Shown here: positions 9,683 through 18,612 of the stretch, piece by piece
Layout: every line of letters starts with the position of its first letter
Position numbering within the stretch: position 1 is the first letter of the stretch
NCBI GenBank assembly: GCA_900314775.1
Contig: OMWM01000005.1
Coordinates: 326-64,325, forward strand
Reading direction: 5' to 3'
Length of the DNA: 64,000 nucleotides
DNA from: an uncultured Eubacteriales bacterium
GTDB taxonomy: Bacteria; Bacillota; Clostridia; Lachnospirales; Lachnospiraceae
The notes under the pieces: model-generated
What the model saw: only the letters and a program-made list of their open reading frames with translations
What the model was told of the DNA's origin: nothing
Database searches by the model: none
Translations under genes and position numbers: made by a program

Positions 9683-11263
9683 ATGTTCTACAATAATAAA
9701 ATTGTATTTGCAGATGATCATGGAGAAAAGGTTTTTATAGAACCCGGGATGGCAAACCGGCATGGACTGATTGCAGGGGCTACCGGCACAGGCAAGACAA
9801 TTACGCTGAAAGTGCTGGCAGAGTCTTTCAGCGATGCCGGCGTGCCAGTATTGATCACGGATGTCAAGGGTGACCTGACCGGCATGATTGAAGCAGGCAG
9901 TGACAGTGAGGATATGCAGGAGAGAATCCGGAAATTCAGCCTCGCGGACATGAATTTTTCCTATAAGGCATATCCTGCGGCTTTCTGGGATCTTTACGGT
10001 GAAAACGGCATTCCTGTGCGCACGACGATATCGGAAATGGGCCCGGTTCTGCTGGCAAAACTGCTCGATCTGAATGAGACGCAGACCGCAGTGCTGTCGG
10101 TTGTTTTCAAAATTGCAGATGATCAGAAACTCCTTCTGATCGATATCAAGGACCTGAAGTCCATGCTCACCTATGTCAGCGATAACAGCAAGGAACTTTC
10201 CCAGACATACGGCAATATGGCAAAACAGAGTATTAATGCGATTCTGCGCAGTGTCATAGCCCTCGAGTCAAAGGGCGCCGATCTGTTTTTCGGAGAACCG
10301 GCATTGAATGTTTCTGACTGGTTTGCGTCCGGGACAGACGGACGCGGGATGATGAATATCCTCGACTGCCGTCAGCTGATGCAGGATTCGACGATGTATT
10401 CTGCTTTTCTTATGTGGTTTCTGTCGGAATTATTTGAGACACTGCCGGAAGTCGGTGATATGGATAAGCCGCGGATGGTATTTTTCTTCGATGAGGCGCA
10501 TCTGCTTTTTAAGGATTGCTCAAAGGCGTTTGAGGAAAAAATCGAGCAGGTTGTCAAGCTGATCCGCTCGAAAGGCGTCGGCATCTTTTTCTGCACGCAG
10601 AATCCGACCGACCTGCCGGATGGCATTCTGAGCCAGCTCGGCAATAAGATCCAGCATGCACTGCGCGCCTATACACCGAACGATGAAAAAGCGCTCAAGG
10701 CGGCTGCCGGTGCTTTCCGGGCAAATCCTGATTTTGATACCAGACAGGTTCTGCAGGAACTCGGCACAGGAGAGGCACTCGTTTCCGTGCTGGACAAAGA
10801 AGGCATTCCGACCGTCGTACGCCGTTGCAGCATACTGCCGCCGCAGAGCCGTATGGGTGCCGCTGGAGAAGAGGCGGTAAAACAGGTGACGGCGCAGAGC
10901 AATCTTTATCTGAAATACAAGGAGTCCTCTGACCGGGATTCTGCATATGAATTTCTGGAGCGTATGAAGCAGCAGAATGCAGCGGAGGCGGAGAGCGCAA
11001 AGCAGCAGGTGGCAGCGGAAAAGGAAAAACAGAAGGCAGAAGAAAAGAAAGAAAAAGAGAAACAGAAGGAAAAGGAACGGGAAGAGCGCCAGAGGAAAAA
11101 TGCGGCCAAATCAATCGGCAGCACGGTAGCCGGCACCATAGGGCGTGAGGTCGGCAGCACCATCGGCAAAAGCGTCGGCGGCAGCTTCGGCAGAAAACTG
11201 GGCGCCAATCTTGGCGCGGCACTGGGCCGGAACATCATGGGCACTTTTTTCAAAAGCAGATGA
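9683..11263 (+). CDS. DUF853 (YjgR-type) HerA/FtsK-like P-loop ATPase
   Basis: 526-aa ORF; Walker A GATGTGKT, Walker B FFFDEAH; C-terminal Lys/Glu-rich segment and Gly-rich tail typical of the family. Confidence 0.8.
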   Translation: MFYNNKIVFADDHGEKVFIEPGMANRHGLIAGATGTGKTITLKVLAESFSDAGVPVLITDVKGDLTGMIEAGSDSEDMQERIRKFSLADMNFSYKAYPAAFWDLYGENGIPVRTTISEMGPVLLAKLLDLNETQTAVLSVVFKIADDQKLLLIDIKDLKSMLTYVSDNSKELSQTYGNMAKQSINAILRSVIALESKGADLFFGEPALNVSDWFASGTDGRGMMNILDCRQLMQDSTMYSAFLMWFLSELFETLPEVGDMDKPRMVFFFDEAHLLFKDCSKAFEEKIEQVVKLIRSKGVGIFFCTQNPTDLPDGILSQLGNKIQHALRAYTPNDEKALKAAAGAFRANPDFDTRQVLQELGTGEALVSVLDKEGIPTVVRRCSILPPQSRMGAAGEEAVKQVTAQSNLYLKYKESSDRDSAYEFLERMKQQNAAEAESAKQQVAAEKEKQKAEEKKEKEKQKEKEREERQRKNAAKSIGSTVAGTIGREVGSTIGKSVGGSFGRKLGANLGAALGRNIMGTFFKSR

Positions 11264-11368
11264 AAGGCCGGAAAGATTTTTCTGAAAGCACTTGTTTTTA
11301 AAGTTTACAAATTATAGAATAAAAGATAGAGTGTGATTATTTCTTTTGCTGCCGATTGCGGAGGCAGA

Positions 11369-12016
11369 ATGAAACAGAAAAATCTGATTGGGATTTTGCT
11401 CATTGCGGTATTCGTGGTGGTGACAGGCATTATTTTCGGAACCGGTCAGGAACGGGGAGAGAGCAGCCGCATGCTTGAATCTGCCGCCATAACGGATACG
11501 CAGGACACTGGGGAGACGGAGAAGCAAAAGGAAACGGAAACCGAGACCGAGACGAAGGCATCGGAGCAGGCATCGCAGATTTATGTATATGTCTGCGGTC
11601 ATGTAAAGGAGCCCGGCGTGGTAAGAATAACATCAGGCCAGCGGGTCTACGAGGCGATCGATGCAGCCGGCGGTATGACAGAGGATGCTTATCCGGACGC
11701 ACTGAATCTTGCCAGTCCGGTTAATGACGGCGAGAAGATTTATGTGCCCGGGCAGGATGAGGCGTCTAAGTACGATGCCGGCAGTGAGACCGTGAGCGGC
11801 GGTGACGGCGCGGACGGTTCGGCGGCGCTGGTCAACATTAATTCGGCCTCGAAAGAGGAACTGATGACGCTGCCGGGAATCGGTGAGGCCAAGGCCGATG
11901 CGATCATTTCCTATCGGGAGACCAACGGACCGTTTTCATCGACAGACGATATTCTCAATGTGAGCGGCATCAAGGAAGGCGTGTACGATCAGATAAAATC
12001 ACTGATTTGTGTTTGA
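11369..12016 (+). CDS. comEA: competence protein ComEA (DNA receptor, helix-hairpin-helix)
   Basis: N-terminal TM anchor, SLBB-like domain, C-terminal HhH pair (LMTLPGIGEAKADAII); start placed at ATG 11369 (GGAGG upstream) rather than ORF-track 11333. Confidence 0.85.
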   Translation: MKQKNLIGILLIAVFVVVTGIIFGTGQERGESSRMLESAAITDTQDTGETEKQKETETETETKASEQASQIYVYVCGHVKEPGVVRITSGQRVYEAIDAAGGMTEDAYPDALNLASPVNDGEKIYVPGQDEASKYDAGSETVSGGDGADGSAALVNINSASKEELMTLPGIGEAKADAIISYRETNGPFSSTDDILNVSGIKEGVYDQIKSLICV

Positions 12017-12030
12017 TTAAGGTGAGTGGA

Positions 12031-12720
12031 ATGGCTTATAAGGTACTGGTTGTTGACGATGAAAAGCTGATAGTGAAGGGCATCAAGTTCAGCCTGGAAC
12101 AGGACGACATGGAAGTGACGGTCGCCTACGACGGGCAGGAAGCATATGATCTGGCCATGCACAACGATTTCGATATTATTCTTCTTGACGTTATGCTGCC
12201 GAAGATCAGCGGCTTTGAGGTGTGTCAGATGATCCGGGAGAAGTCAGATGTGCCGATTATCATGCTGACAGCAAAAGCAGATGATATGGATAAGATCCTG
12301 GGACTGGAATACGGGGCGGATGATTATGTGACAAAACCGTTTAATATTCTGGAAGTCAAGGCAAGGATCAAAGCGATTATCCGAAGGACCAGGAATAAGG
12401 GTAAGCCGAAGGAACAGGAGAAAGTGATCACGGCCGGTGATATGAAGATTGATATCGACGGCCGCAGGGTCTTCATCAAGGATAAAGAGGTCAATCTGAC
12501 AGCGAAGGAATTTGACCTTCTGGAATTACTGGTTACCAGCCCGAACAAGGTATTTGACCGTGAAAAGCTTCTGGATATGGTCTGGGGATATGATTATCCG
12601 GGCAATGTGCGGACGGTGGACGTGCATATCCGGAGACTTCGTGAGAAGATCGAAACCAATCCGAACGAGCCGAAGTACATTCATACCAAATGGGGTGTGG
12701 GGTACTATTTTCAGGCATGA
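12031..12720 (+). CDS. OmpR/PhoB-family response regulator
   Basis: REC domain (VLVVDDE, LLDVMLP, LTAK) plus winged-helix output (WGVGYYF); ATG 12031 only 14 nt after the comEA stop. Confidence 0.9.
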   Translation: MAYKVLVVDDEKLIVKGIKFSLEQDDMEVTVAYDGQEAYDLAMHNDFDIILLDVMLPKISGFEVCQMIREKSDVPIIMLTAKADDMDKILGLEYGADDYVTKPFNILEVKARIKAIIRRTRNKGKPKEQEKVITAGDMKIDIDGRRVFIKDKEVNLTAKEFDLLELLVTSPNKVFDREKLLDMVWGYDYPGNVRTVDVHIRRLREKIETNPNEPKYIHTKWGVGYYFQA

Positions 12721-12736
12721 TAAATATGAGTCAGAA

Positions 12737-12768
12737 CAGAAAGGTAAATCTCAGGATTTACCTTTCTG
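12737..12768 (+). terminator. strong hairpin after response regulator (terminator or attenuator)
   Basis: Perfect 14-bp stem CAGAAAGGTAAATC / GATTTACCTTTCTG with TCAG loop; only a short T run follows. Confidence 0.6.
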
Positions 12769-12796
12769 CATTTAACGGATAAAACGGAGGAGCGCA

Positions 12797-13531
12797 ATGA
12801 AGTATAAGGCAGCTGTTTTCGATATGGACGGAACGGTTCTTGATACGGCCGGCGATCTGTGTGATTCGATGAATCATGTGATGGGGCAGCTTGGCCTGCC
12901 TGCCGGATTTACCATAGAAGACACACATTACCTTTTCGGGAGCGGTGTGACGGTGGCGGTCAGCCGTGCGCTGGCCATGCTGGACGGAGCGGATTATAAG
13001 ACGCTGCTTACCGTCGGCACAGAAGAGGATGAAGTTACCCGGACGCTGGACCCGGCACTCCGGGAAAAGGTGCAGAACATGTTTCGCAGCTATTACGGGC
13101 AGCACTGCAGCATTAAGACCGGCCCGTATCCGGGCATACCGGCGCTGCTGATGAGACTGCGGGAGCACGGCGTTCATACAGCCGTTGTATCCAATAAACC
13201 GGATCCGGCTGTGCAGGAACTTGTCGATATTCATTTCAAAGGGCTGTTTGACAGAGCACTCGGCGAGAGCCCGGCGATCAGACGGAAACCGGCGCCGGAT
13301 ATGACGCGGAAGATTGTCGAAGAACTGGGGATAATGCCGGAAGAGGCCGTTTATATCGGCGATACGGAGATCGACCTGCAGACGGCGGAGAATTCCGGAA
13401 CCGGCTGCATCTGTGTGGACTGGGGGTTTCGCACGAAGGATTTCCTGACGGCGCTCGGAGCGCCGGCTGTTGTTTCGTCGGCGGATGAGCTGGGCGATCT
13501 GATCTTGTCCGGCGCGAATAAGCGCGAATAA
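12797..13531 (+). CDS. HAD-superfamily hydrolase (phosphoglycolate phosphatase-like)
   Basis: 244-aa ORF; motif I FDMDGTVLDT, later SNKP and GDTEIDL motifs; GGAGGAG SD. Confidence 0.85.
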   Translation: MKYKAAVFDMDGTVLDTAGDLCDSMNHVMGQLGLPAGFTIEDTHYLFGSGVTVAVSRALAMLDGADYKTLLTVGTEEDEVTRTLDPALREKVQNMFRSYYGQHCSIKTGPYPGIPALLMRLREHGVHTAVVSNKPDPAVQELVDIHFKGLFDRALGESPAIRRKPAPDMTRKIVEELGIMPEEAVYIGDTEIDLQTAENSGTGCICVDWGFRTKDFLTALGAPAVVSSADELGDLILSGANKRE

Positions 13532-13537
13532 TAATAA

Positions 13538-13566
13538 TTGCCCGGAACTGTATCGTATATTATAAT
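13538..13566 (+). promoter_or_regulatory. putative sigma-A promoter for histidine kinase unit
   Basis: TTGCCC - 17 nt - TATAAT, 27 nt upstream of the kinase ATG. Confidence 0.5.
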
Positions 13567-13593
13567 AGCCAGACAGAGACAGAGCTGTCTGGT

Positions 13594-15081
13594 ATGAAAG
13601 AGAAGTCGGAGAATTTGAAATTGTTTAAAAATAAGAAAGACAGAAAGCCGGCGGGCAGACGGGGCAAAAAGTTCAGGAGCATGTTTGTCCTGATGTTCCT
13701 CGGCATGACACTGCTGACCGTTGTACCTATTGTGGGTATTCAGCTGTTTTACAGCAGTTATCTGATCAGCAATGCCCGCCAGAACCGTGTGCAGGTCCTC
13801 AAGGATTACGGTGATAATATAGCCGGAGAACTGGTTAACAGCGGCTATCTGGACGGACAGATTTCAGAACTGCTCGACACAGAGCTGCAGGATTTCAGCG
13901 GATTGTACAATGGCCGTGCGATTGTTGTCAATTCGGCGTATGAAGTCCGCTTTGATACTTATGGCGTGCTGACCGGGCACTATCTTGTTACAGAGGATTC
14001 TGTAACGGCGATGACGGGTGAAGACAAGACGCATTATTATTCTTCAGCGGATAAGCTGGCATTCACCTATACAATCCGGGACGACGAAGGCAATGTGTGC
14101 GGCATGATTCTGTTCTATGTATCCTGTGCGGATCTGACAGTGACTTATAAATCCATCAATCATACCATGATGGGGATTATTGTGGCGATTGCCTGCATTC
14201 TGACCTTGATTTCTTATTTCACGGCACGTAAATTCACGAAACCGCTGCAGACCATGGCCAGCTCGTTCAACCGCATTGCAGAAGGACATTTTGATGAGAA
14301 GGTGGAACTGAGCGGTTTTACAGAGATGGAACAGCTCTCCTCTGCTTTTAATGTCATGGTGGAACAGCTCAAGGCACTGGAAGATTCCCGCCAGGAATTT
14401 GTATCCAATGTCTCGCATGAGCTGAAGACACCGCTGACATCGATGAAGGTGCTTGCCGATTCTCTGAATTCTCAGGAAAACGTACCGGTGGAAATCTATC
14501 AGGATTTCATGCACGATATCGGCAGTGAGATTGATCGGGAGAACAAGATTATCAATGATCTGCTTTCTCTGGTACGTATGAATAAAACGGAATCCGAGCC
14601 GAACATCACGCACTGCAGCATCAATACGCTGCTTGAAAATATTCTCAAGAGGGTGCGGCCGATCGCAGACCGCAAGAATGTCGAGACTGTCCTGGAGAGC
14701 TATAAGCAGGTGGAAGCGGACTGCGATGAGCTCAAGCTGACGCTGGCGGTCACGAATATTGTTGAAAATGCCATCAAATACAATATCGCCGGAGGCTGGG
14801 TGCAGGTAACGCTCGATGCGGACGATGAGTATTACTATATCAATATTGCCGACTCCGGCATCGGCATACCGGAAGAGTCGCAGGATAAGGTATTTGACCG
14901 ATTTTACCGTGTTGACAAGGCACGTTCGCGCGAGACCGGCGGAACCGGCCTTGGCCTGTCGATCAGTAAGACAATTGTCGAGATGCATCATGGACAGATC
15001 AAGGTAAAGAGCAAGGTGGACGAGGGTACGACATTTTCGATCCGCATTCCGCTTGTCTACACTTCTGAAGCTAAGGAGTGA
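13594..15081 (+). CDS. sensor histidine kinase (two TM, HAMP, HisKA, HATPase_c)
   Basis: Two TM segments flanking ~150-aa extracytoplasmic domain, HAMP, H-box SHELKTPLTS, N-box ENAIKYN, G-boxes DSGIGI and GGTGLGLS; no SD before ATG 13594. Confidence 0.9.
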   Translation: MKEKSENLKLFKNKKDRKPAGRRGKKFRSMFVLMFLGMTLLTVVPIVGIQLFYSSYLISNARQNRVQVLKDYGDNIAGELVNSGYLDGQISELLDTELQDFSGLYNGRAIVVNSAYEVRFDTYGVLTGHYLVTEDSVTAMTGEDKTHYYSSADKLAFTYTIRDDEGNVCGMILFYVSCADLTVTYKSINHTMMGIIVAIACILTLISYFTARKFTKPLQTMASSFNRIAEGHFDEKVELSGFTEMEQLSSAFNVMVEQLKALEDSRQEFVSNVSHELKTPLTSMKVLADSLNSQENVPVEIYQDFMHDIGSEIDRENKIINDLLSLVRMNKTESEPNITHCSINTLLENILKRVRPIADRKNVETVLESYKQVEADCDELKLTLAVTNIVENAIKYNIAGGWVQVTLDADDEYYYINIADSGIGIPEESQDKVFDRFYRVDKARSRETGGTGLGLSISKTIVEMHHGQIKVKSKVDEGTTFSIRIPLVYTSEAKE

Positions 15082-15104
15082 GTCCGCCTATGGAGAGATA
15101 CAGA

Positions 15105-16079
15105 ATGAAATCAGGATATAAGAAGCTAGTTTGTGTTCTGCTGATTGTACTTCTTGTGCTGCCGTCTGCAGGCTGCTCGGCCGCCAAAAAACTGTTCCGG
15201 CATGAATCAGCAGCGGCGAAGGACAGCACGGATGTCGGCTACCAGATCTATTATATTGACAGCAGCGGTCTGGAACTGTATCCGTATGCCTATAAACTTG
15301 AGGCGACCAAGGAAGATGGCATCATACAGGAATGTATCAGTATGCTCAGCAGTGTGCCGGAAGGAGAAGACTGCGAACCGGTGCTCGGCACGGATGTGCA
15401 GCTGCAGAAATATGAATTTGACAGCGAGACGAGGACACTCGCCATGTATTTCGGATCCGATTACAATAACCTTTCTTCGGAACGGCAGATTCTGATCCGG
15501 ACTGCAATTGTCAAGACTATGACGCAGTTTAACGGTATTATTGACTATGTAAGCTTTAACATAGATGGAAACTGGCTGACGAACGATGCCGGCGAGACCA
15601 TGCTGATGAAAAACAATGACTATATCATCACCGTTCCGGACGATCAGGAAGGATTGAAAGAGGCGGATATCGTTCTCTATTTCGCCTCCTTGGACGGGAC
15701 AGGGCTCGTGCCGGTTACCGTGCACCGGAAGTATGATCCGTCGCTGGCACTGGAGAGCATCGTGCTCGATGCCTTGATTGTCGGTCCCGTAACGGACGAC
15801 TGCAAGGAGGTGCTGTCGCAGAATACGCAGGTCAAGGATGTCTATGTTGACGATGGCGTCTGCCATGTCGATTTCAATTCGGCGTTTCTGACGCTGGTTG
15901 GCAATCAGAATTTCTGCATCAATGTCTACAGTGTGGTTAATTCGCTGACGAATCTGCCTGATGTGGACAGTGTGGAGATTACGGTCAATGGAGAAAAGGT
16001 GACCAATGCGCCGGATGGTGTTGATATAAGCGGAGATCTGACGGCGGATACCGGTCTGATCGCCGGCGGACATCAGTAA
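15105..16079 (+). CDS. lipoprotein with two GerMN domains
   Basis: Lipobox LPSAGC after a hydrophobic signal; two repeats with the GerMN pattern (..VLYFASLDG..LVPVT.., ..VDFNSAF.., ..VEITVNGEKV); ORF opens at 15078 overlapping the kinase stop, ATG 15105 fits signal-peptide length. Confidence 0.7.
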   Translation: MKSGYKKLVCVLLIVLLVLPSAGCSAAKKLFRHESAAAKDSTDVGYQIYYIDSSGLELYPYAYKLEATKEDGIIQECISMLSSVPEGEDCEPVLGTDVQLQKYEFDSETRTLAMYFGSDYNNLSSERQILIRTAIVKTMTQFNGIIDYVSFNIDGNWLTNDAGETMLMKNNDYIITVPDDQEGLKEADIVLYFASLDGTGLVPVTVHRKYDPSLALESIVLDALIVGPVTDDCKEVLSQNTQVKDVYVDDGVCHVDFNSAFLTLVGNQNFCINVYSVVNSLTNLPDVDSVEITVNGEKVTNAPDGVDISGDLTADTGLIAGGHQ

Positions 16080-16101
16080 ATTCGTATAACGAAGGAGAAG
16101 A

Positions 16102-18483
16102 ATGACAAGACCTCTCGTCTGGATGGCGGCTGCCTTTGTGCTCGGTGAGATTCTGGCGGCTGTCCATCTGCCATGGTATATAGCGGCGGGTGCCGTTATG
16201 CTTTGGATTTATACGGCAGGTATAAGTGTACAGGGAAAAAAGTTCGGATATTTCCTGTGGCTTATACCTGCCTTTTTTGCATTTGGATTTCTGATCTATT
16301 GCCATGCCTGTCAGATGCCTGCTATTGATCGCTGTTTTTACGGTACGATCAATGCGGATTTTCGCGGACAGGTCGTGCAGGTACAGAAAAAACCGAAAAG
16401 CATTGCCCTGACAATACGGCGGGCAGGACTTCTGTACGTGTATGACGGACGGCAGAATACCTGCGAGGCGGGTATTATCGTCTATGCGGACCCTGCCATC
16501 GCGGAAAAAACAGAAGTCGGTGATGTTGTGGAGGGCAATATCGACCTGGAACGGCCGGATGAACCGTCCAATCCCGGACAGTTTGACATCCGTTCCTGGC
16601 TCAGAGCGCAGGGCATCTGCTATACCGGGTACTGTGAGCAGATGAATATTGCGGCAAGACCGGTAACGTACAGCCGCCGCCTCTATCGTCTGCGGCAGAA
16701 ACTGAAGCAGATTTATTCGCAGGTGCTTGATACGGAGAATGCCGGGACGGTGCTGTCCATGATTACCGGTGACCGGGAAATGCTGGATGCGGATATCCGG
16801 GATCTGTACCGCGACCTGGGGGTTATACATATACTGGCGATCTCGGGCCTTCATATTTCCGTTGTCGGGCGCAGCCTTTTCCGGCTTCTGCGCCGTTTCG
16901 GCCTGAATAATCAGTTCAGCGCACTGGCGGCATCTTTTGCGGTGATCAGCTATTATCTGTTTACCGGCGGCAGCGCCTCCTGCCTGCGCGCGGTGATCAT
17001 GTTTCTGGTTTCCATGGCAGCCATTCTGTTTGGACGAACGTATGACATGCTGACCGGCATGGCGCTGGCAGCGGTGATCAGCTTTGCATATTATCCTCTG
17101 CAGATTACGCAGGTCGGAACCCAGTTCTCCTATGGCGCTGTGCTCGGTATCGCCGTGGTGAGCCCGGTTCTGCAGAAGGTACGGATGCGGCTGCATCCGG
17201 AGGAAGAAGGGCGCTATGCGCTGAAGGCGGCGCATGGACGGGACAGGAAGAAGATACTGCGGAAAAAGCGGGCGGCCGGTCTGCTAGACCGTTTTGGCTC
17301 TTCGCTTGCAGTTTCCATGATTGTTTTCCCGATCACGGCCTATTATTATGGAAGAATCCCGGTAATCGGCCTGCTCCTGAATCTGTTTGTGCTGCCGCTT
17401 GCTTCCTGGATTGTCATGTTCGGGATTGCGGTTGGTGCAGCGGGGATGGCGGCGATGCCGCTGGCAGAGTTTCTGGCGGGCAGCGTAAAGGGACTCTGCG
17501 GCATTCTGAACGGGCTTTGCCGGTTTTTCTATCAGCGTGCCGATGCCGCTGTGTATACCGGCAGTCCGCCGGTGGGTATCATTTTGCTGTATTATCTGCT
17601 GCTTGCTGTGTTTGTGCTGCGCCTTTATAAGGGAAAGAATCGGTATATTATTGCACTGATGGCCGGGCTGCTGATTCTGTTTATTCCGTTCCGGAGAATG
17701 CAGACACTGACGGCCTTTCCGGATGTCGGGCAGGGGGCCTGCGTTTTCCTGCGGTCTGACAGCGGCACCACATGGATGATCGATGGCGGCAGCAGTACAG
17801 AGAAGGAGGTGGCGCGGTATCGTCTGATTCCGTTTTTGCATTATTACGGGGAGAGTGCTGTCGATTATGCCGTGGTAACGCATGGAGACAGCGATCATTA
17901 TTCCGGAATACAGGAAATGATCAAAGAAGGGGCGGTGCGCCATCTTGTAATCAGCACGGCAGCGCAGACGGATGAGGATCTGCAGCAGCTGTCTGCGCTT
18001 GCCGGAGAAAACGGGATCGATGTCATGCAGATCTGTGCGGGCAGGCAGTGGCAGGACGGTACGTGGCAGTTTCACTGTCTGTCCCCGGTCCGCGGTGCAT
18101 CCTATGAAGATAAAAATGATGCATCGATTGTGCTGCGCCTGGATACAGGCGGCTGCCGTTTCCTCTTTCCGGGAGACATTTCCGAAAAGACCGAAAAGCG
18201 GCTGGCAGCGGCAGACATCGCCGGTATTGATGTGCTGTATGCGGCGCATCACGGATCCCGGTATGGAACGGGGGAGCATTTTTTAAAGGCAGCACAGCCG
18301 AAGTCAGCCATCATCTCATGCGGACTGCATAATCACTACGGCCATCCGGCGAAAGAGACGCTGCGGCGGCTGAAAGAGGCGGGCTGTATGATTTACCGGA
18401 CGGATCGGCAGGGTGAAATCGAGGTGTCTGTCCGAAACGGCGAGATCATTGCACGGGCGTACCGCCGGACGGGCAGCCGGTAA
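16102..18483 (+). CDS. comEC: DNA internalisation competence protein ComEC/Rec2
   Basis: 793-aa polytopic membrane protein with competence domain and C-terminal metallo-beta-lactamase domain (VTHGDSDHYSG); AAGGAG SD, only 22 nt after the upstream gene. Confidence 0.9.
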   Translation: MTRPLVWMAAAFVLGEILAAVHLPWYIAAGAVMLWIYTAGISVQGKKFGYFLWLIPAFFAFGFLIYCHACQMPAIDRCFYGTINADFRGQVVQVQKKPKSIALTIRRAGLLYVYDGRQNTCEAGIIVYADPAIAEKTEVGDVVEGNIDLERPDEPSNPGQFDIRSWLRAQGICYTGYCEQMNIAARPVTYSRRLYRLRQKLKQIYSQVLDTENAGTVLSMITGDREMLDADIRDLYRDLGVIHILAISGLHISVVGRSLFRLLRRFGLNNQFSALAASFAVISYYLFTGGSASCLRAVIMFLVSMAAILFGRTYDMLTGMALAAVISFAYYPLQITQVGTQFSYGAVLGIAVVSPVLQKVRMRLHPEEEGRYALKAAHGRDRKKILRKKRAAGLLDRFGSSLAVSMIVFPITAYYYGRIPVIGLLLNLFVLPLASWIVMFGIAVGAAGMAAMPLAEFLAGSVKGLCGILNGLCRFFYQRADAAVYTGSPPVGIILLYYLLLAVFVLRLYKGKNRYIIALMAGLLILFIPFRRMQTLTAFPDVGQGACVFLRSDSGTTWMIDGGSSTEKEVARYRLIPFLHYYGESAVDYAVVTHGDSDHYSGIQEMIKEGAVRHLVISTAAQTDEDLQQLSALAGENGIDVMQICAGRQWQDGTWQFHCLSPVRGASYEDKNDASIVLRLDTGGCRFLFPGDISEKTEKRLAAADIAGIDVLYAAHHGSRYGTGEHFLKAAQPKSAIISCGLHNHYGHPAKETLRRLKEAGCMIYRTDRQGEIEVSVRNGEIIARAYRRTGSR

Positions 18484-18612
18484 CTGCCTGCGTATATGGC
18501 AGCTGCCTTCGCATGCTGTATCTGCCAGTGTATACTGTGAGGAAGCGTTTGATTCCCGATAGCCGTATGGCTCTGCGGATGTTATAATAAGATCGTTGGG
18601 AGGGAAAACGCT

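Noticed and set aside
11313-11321. TATAGAATA upstream of comEA, resembling the streptococcal ComX cin-box TACGAATA
   Set aside because: The match is imperfect, ComX-type regulation is not established for Clostridia, and no second copy occurs before comEC. Likely just an AT-rich -10-like sequence.
18496-18540. 14-codon Cys-rich mini-ORF (MAAAFACCICQCIL) in the comEC-holA spacer
   Set aside because: No SD or promoter context, and too short to evaluate. It cannot be supported from sequence alone.
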